From positions 6,279 to 70,278 of the forward strand of contig CAVXVH010000009.1 of NCBI GenBank assembly GCA_963765065.1: a stretch of 64,000 bases of DNA, written 5' to 3'. Both the position numbers and the translations under genes were made by a program. The first letter of the stretch is position 1. The number at the start of each line of letters is the position of its first letter. Source of the stretch: an uncultured beta proteobacterium (GTDB lineage: Bacteria > Pseudomonadota > Gammaproteobacteria > Burkholderiales > Casimicrobiaceae). Positions 56,838 through 64,000 of the stretch are shown here, one piece after another. Below the pieces are notes generated by a model. That model did no database searches and was not told where the DNA came from. It saw nothing but the letters and a program-made list of their open reading frames with translations.

Positions 56838-57185
56838 ATGGACAAATTCAAACTCGCGCTCGCTGTCGCCTGCGTCGTCGCAGGCGTCGCCGCGTACTAC
56901 TACTTCGCCGAGCTCGCGGTGGTGCTGCGCGTGCTGATGGTGCTGGGCGGCCTCGCCGCCGGCGCCTTCGTCGCGTGGCTGTCGCAGCCCGGCAAGGACT
57001 TCTTCGTGTTCGCGCAGGAGGCGTGGGCCGAAGCCGGCCGCGTGTCGTGGCCGTCCCGCAAGGAGACGCTGCAGACCACCGGCATCGTGTTCGTGTTCGT
57101 CGCCCTGATGGCGCTGTTCCTCTTCTCGGTCGACGCGTCGCTCGCGGCGATCGTGAAGCTCATGACCGGACGGGGTGAATCGTGA
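56838..57185 (+). CDS. secE: SecE
   Basis: [13 protein letters not shown] motif; tRNA-Trp-secE-nusG synteny. Confidence 0.93.
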   Translation: MDKFKLALAVACVVAGVAAYYYFAELAVVLRVLMVLGGLAAGAFVAWLSQPGKDFFVFAQEAWAEAGRVSWPSRKETLQTTGIVFVFVALMALFLFSVDASLAAIVKLMTGRGES

Positions 57186-57243
57186 ACGCCGCCGGAACGT
57201 CCCGAGGCGCTCGTGGCCCGGATGCGACCGCGAGGGTGAAGCG

Positions 57244-57777
57244 ATGAGCAAGAAGTGGTTCGTGGTGCACGCCTACTCGGGCTTCGAGAAGAGCGTGATG
57301 CGCGCGCTGCAGGAGCGCATCCGCCGCGCCGGGATGGAGGAGCAGTTCGGCCAGATCCTGGTGCCGGTCGAGGAAGTGGTCGAGATGAAGAGCGGCCAGA
57401 AGGCGATCTCCGAGCGCAAGTTCTTCCCGGGCTACGTGCTGGTCGAGATGGAGATGACCGACGACACGTGGCACCTGGTGAAGAGCACGCCGAAGGTGAC
57501 CGGCTTCGTCGGCGGCACGGCCAACAAGCCGACGCCGATCTCCCAGAAGGAGGTCGACGCGATCCTGCAGCAGGTGCAGGAAGGCGTCGAGAAGCCCCGG
57601 CCCAAGGTGCTGTTCGAGATGGGCGAGGCGGTGCGCGTCAAGGAAGGACCGTTCACGGACTTCCACGGCAACGTCGAGGACGTGAACTACGAGAAGAGCA
57701 AGCTGCGCGTGTCGGTGACGATCTTCGGTCGCTCGACGCCGGTGGAGCTCGACTTCTCGCAGGTCGAGAAGGCTTGA
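57244..57777 (+). CDS. nusG: NusG
   Basis: [31 protein letters not shown]. Confidence 0.97.
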   Translation: MSKKWFVVHAYSGFEKSVMRALQERIRRAGMEEQFGQILVPVEEVVEMKSGQKAISERKFFPGYVLVEMEMTDDTWHLVKSTPKVTGFVGGTANKPTPISQKEVDAILQQVQEGVEKPRPKVLFEMGEAVRVKEGPFTDFHGNVEDVNYEKSKLRVSVTIFGRSTPVELDFSQVEKA

Positions 57778-57782
57778 ACGTC

Positions 57783-57855
57783 GTCACTCCCGCGAAAGCG
57801 GGAGCCCAGCGTCTGTCGCGCAACGACGCTGGATCCCCGCTTTCGCGGGGATGAC
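57783..57855. repeat. dRS3/REP-like palindrome doublet
   Basis: GTCACTCCCGCGAAAGCGGGAGCCCAG...CTGGATCCCCGCTTTCGCGGGGATGAC. Confidence 0.85.
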
Positions 57856-57936
57856 GCCGGAGGATGGATGCGGCGCTTGTGCGCATCCGGTGCAACGGGG
57901 AGGGCGAACGCCCGCTAGAACCCACAGGAGAGTGTG

Positions 57937-58371
57937 ATGGCAAAGAAAGTCGTCGGCTTCATCAAGTTGCAGGTGCCGGCCGGCAAGGCGAACCCCTCGC
58001 CGCCGATCGGTCCCGCGCTCGGCCAGCGCGGCCTCAACATCATGGAATTCTGCAAGGCGTTCAACGCCCAGACGCAGAAGCTGGAGCCGGGCCTGCCGAT
58101 CCCGGTGGTGATCACGGCGTACGCGGACAAGAGCTTCACGTTCGTGATGAAGACGCCGCCGGCGACCGTGCTGATCAAGAAGGCCGCGAAGGTCGAGAAG
58201 GGCAGCGCGAAGCCGCACACCGACAAGGTCGGCAAGCTGACGCGCGCGCAGGCCGAGGAAATTGCGAAGACCAAGCAGCCGGACCTCACCGCCGCCGACC
58301 TCGACGCCGCGGTACGCACGATCGCCGGCAGCGCCCGCAGCATGGGCATCACCGTCGAAGGGGTGAAGTGA
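57937..58371 (+). CDS. rplK: 50S ribosomal protein L11
   Basis: [21 protein letters not shown]. Confidence 0.97.
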   Translation: MAKKVVGFIKLQVPAGKANPSPPIGPALGQRGLNIMEFCKAFNAQTQKLEPGLPIPVVITAYADKSFTFVMKTPPATVLIKKAAKVEKGSAKPHTDKVGKLTRAQAEEIAKTKQPDLTAADLDAAVRTIAGSARSMGITVEGVK

Positions 58372-58373
58372 TC

Positions 58374-59105
58374 ATGGCTGCCGAACAGAAGAGCCCGCGC
58401 CTCTCCAAGCGCATGAAGACGGTCCGCGCGAAGGTGGACCACGGCAAGTTCTACACGGTCGACGACGCGCTCGCGCTGGTGAAGGAGACCGCGGTCGCGA
58501 AGTTCGACGAGTCGGTGGACGTCGCGGTGAACCTCGGCGTCGACGCGAAGAAGTCGGACCAGACGGTCCGCGGCTCGGTAGTGCTGCCCGCGGGCACCGG
58601 CAAGAAGGTGCGCGTGGCGGTGTTCGCCCAGGGCGACAAGGCGCAGCAGGCGCAGGACGCCGGCGCCGATATCGTCGGCTTCGACGACCTCGCGGCGAAG
58701 ATCAAGGAAGGCTTCATGGAGTTCGACGTGGTGATCGCCTCGCCGGACGCGATGAAGGTCGTCGGCCAGCTCGGCCAGATCCTCGGTCCGCGCGGCCTGA
58801 TGCCGAACCCGAAGGTCGGCACCGTGTCCGCCGACGTCGCGGGCGCCGTCAGGAACGCCAGGGCCGGCCAGGTGCAGTACCGGACGGACAAGGCGGGCAT
58901 CGTGCAGTGCACGATCGGCCGCGCGTCGTTCACGCCCGACCAGTTGAAGTCCAACCTCAACGCGCTGATCGACGCCCTCAACAAGGCGAAGCCCGCGAAC
59001 TCCAAGGGCATCTACCTGAAGAAGGTGAGCGTCTCGAGCACGATGGGCGCGGGTGTGCGCATCGACACGGCCGCGTTTGCGCAGGCGGCGGCGTCGAAGC
59101 AGTAG
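58374..59105 (+). CDS. rplA: 50S ribosomal protein L1
   Basis: [29 protein letters not shown]. Confidence 0.97.
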   Translation: MAAEQKSPRLSKRMKTVRAKVDHGKFYTVDDALALVKETAVAKFDESVDVAVNLGVDAKKSDQTVRGSVVLPAGTGKKVRVAVFAQGDKAQQAQDAGADIVGFDDLAAKIKEGFMEFDVVIASPDAMKVVGQLGQILGPRGLMPNPKVGTVSADVAGAVRNARAGQVQYRTDKAGIVQCTIGRASFTPDQLKSNLNALIDALNKAKPANSKGIYLKKVSVSSTMGAGVRIDTAAFAQAAASKQ

Positions 59106-59214
59106 TCAGGCAACAGGTAACAGGTATCAGACGACCGCAGCGGGCGGCGATTCGCCCAGGCGTCTGTTACCGGCAGGATTGAGGGAGCGCGGGGCGGCAG
59201 CATCGTCCCGTGAG

Positions 59215-59319
59215 CCGTCAAAGACCGCCGGAGCTCGCAGCTCAAAACAGCGGCGGGGTCGAGGATCGGGGTGCTGTTCCCTGTTCCCTGGCCTCTGTCC
59301 CCTGATCCGGCGCAGATGG
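59215..59319 (+). promoter_or_regulatory. Probable L10 (rplJ) leader RNA
   Basis: CCGTCAAAGACCGCCGG...CCGGCGCAGATGG resembles proteobacterial L10 leaders; located between rplA and rplJ. Confidence 0.5.
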
Positions 59320-59503
59320 TGCCCTCGTACAGGATCGCTCCTGGACGCAAGGTCACCGCAGTTCAGGCAACAGGCAACAGGAAACAGGCAACAGGAAGTC
59401 GACGCGCGGGTGGAAGGGTCGTCTGCGCGTCGGTGACGTCGGGTGGCAGGGTTCGTTTCTGTTCCCTGTTCCCCGACCTCTGTTCCCTGCAACGGAGGTG
59501 AGC

Positions 59504-60028
59504 TTGAGTCTCAATCTTCAGCAGAAGGAAGCGGTAGTCGCGGAGGTCGCGAAGCAGATCGCCGGTGCGCAGGCCATCATCCTGGCCGAGAACCGGGGCC
59601 TGCCCGTGGCCGCCATGACGCAGCTTCGCGCGAAGGCACGCGCTTCGGGCATCTACTTCAGGGTGGTCAAGAACACCCTGGTGCGCCGGGCCGTCGTCGA
59701 CACGCCGTTCGCAACGCTGGCCGACAAGATGTCCGGCCCGCTCGCGTACGGCATCGGCGCCGACCCCGTGGCGGTGGCGAAGGTCCTCAACGACTTCGCC
59801 AAGGCCCACGAGAAGTTCGTGATCGCAGGGGGCGCGATGCCCGGGCAGCTGATGTCCGCCAAGGACGTCGTCGCGCTCGCTTCGCTCCCGTCGCGCGAAC
59901 AACTGCTCGCGATGCTGGTCGGCACGATGCAGGCGCCGATCGTCAAGTTCGTCCGCACGCTGAACGAGGTGCCGTCGAAGTTCGTGCGCACCGTCGCGGC
60001 AGTTCGCGACAGCAGGCAGGCGGCCTGA
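59504..60028 (+). CDS. rplJ: 50S ribosomal protein L10
   Basis: GGAGGTGA SD then TTG; [21 protein letters not shown]. Confidence 0.96.
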   Translation: MSLNLQQKEAVVAEVAKQIAGAQAIILAENRGLPVAAMTQLRAKARASGIYFRVVKNTLVRRAVVDTPFATLADKMSGPLAYGIGADPVAVAKVLNDFAKAHEKFVIAGGAMPGQLMSAKDVVALASLPSREQLLAMLVGTMQAPIVKFVRTLNEVPSKFVRTVAAVRDSRQAA

Positions 60029-60077
60029 CCGCTCGCGGCTACCCAACACCCAACGCATTCATCCAGGAGCAATTGAC

Positions 60078-60455
60078 ATGTCCGCAGTCCAGACCGAAAT
60101 CCTCGACAAGATCTCGTCGATGACCGTCCTCGAGCTCTCCGAGCTCATCAAGGCGATGGAAGAGAAGTTCGGCGTCTCCGCCGCCGCTGCCGTGGCCGCC
60201 GCCCCGGCCGCTGCCGCCGCGCCGGCCGCCGCTGCCGAGGAGCAGACCGAGTTCACCGTCATCCTCACCTCGTTCGGCGAGAACAAGGTCAACGTCATCA
60301 AGGCCGTTCGCGAACTGACGGGCCTCGGCCTCAAGGAAGCGAAGGACCTGGTCGACGGCGCCCCGAAGCCGGTCAAGGAAGCGATTCCGAAGGCCGACGC
60401 CGAAGCCGCGAAGAAGAAGCTCGAGGAAGCCGGCGCGAAGGCCGAGATCAAGTAA
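60078..60455 (+). CDS. rplL: 50S ribosomal protein L7/L12
   Basis: [21 protein letters not shown]. Confidence 0.97.
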   Translation: MSAVQTEILDKISSMTVLELSELIKAMEEKFGVSAAAAVAAAPAAAAAPAAAAEEQTEFTVILTSFGENKVNVIKAVRELTGLGLKEAKDLVDGAPKPVKEAIPKADAEAAKKKLEEAGAKAEIK

Positions 60456-60756
60456 CGACGCGCCCTCGTCCATCGTTCCCCACGCTCTCCCGCGTCGCGC
60501 GGGAGGGCGCGGGGACCGAGGCCGAAAACCAGCGGATTCGACGAGTCCGCTGCTTTTCGTCTTCTGAAGCGACTGCAGGAGACGGGCTTGGTCGGGCAGT
60601 CCGGTGCATCGGGCTGTCGTCCGCCAGCGGTTGGTAGAGGCCAACCACCACGCTCACGGGAGTGCAACGCTCCCTCAGTCGATGTACGCCGGCCCGTTTG
60701 GGACGGCTTGCGATCCTCCCGGGTCCCGGGGGGCGCATCGATGCGGAGAGTCCCAC

Positions 60757-64000
<3,244 letters not shown>

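Overview
High-GC (about 70% by eye) bacterial chromosome segment; protein sequences and gene order suggest Betaproteobacteria (inference). Most of it is core genome: coaBC/radC/rpmB/rpmG, desA, mscS, rsmB-like, purN/purM, hda, mnmA, ssb, uvrA, metG, apbC, dcd, a PLP decarboxylase, ald, four tRNAs, tuf-secE-nusG-rplKAJL and a truncated rpoB. Five things stand out. (1) Positions 1-2.9 kb, directly downstream of coaBC, hold an array made only of toxin-antitoxin modules and orphan antitoxins. It carries three integron attC-like sites, has no integrase at the expected position, repeats a BrnT cassette and contains a diverged second copy of the coaBC 3' end. (2) Positions 40.9-54.4 kb form a phosphate-starvation block: pstSCAB-phoU-phoBR, a Pho-boxed atypical pyruvate kinase, and a Pho-boxed olsB-like/plcP-like/agt-like/dgkA lipid-remodelling operon. 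(3) A hyfBCEFGI-like membrane complex whose large subunit lacks the [NiFe] cysteines (Ehr type). (4) A phosphotransacylase homologue that lacks the catalytic Ser-Arg. (5) Three dispersed repeat families: dRS3/REP-like palindromes, ATGA-junction elements and heptamer hairpins. Some are translated in-frame, and one sits within a duplication of the SSB C-terminal tail. Many conserved genes carry single-base frameshifts, most likely sequencing or assembly errors. All annotation is by eye from motifs and the ORF track; no database search was run.
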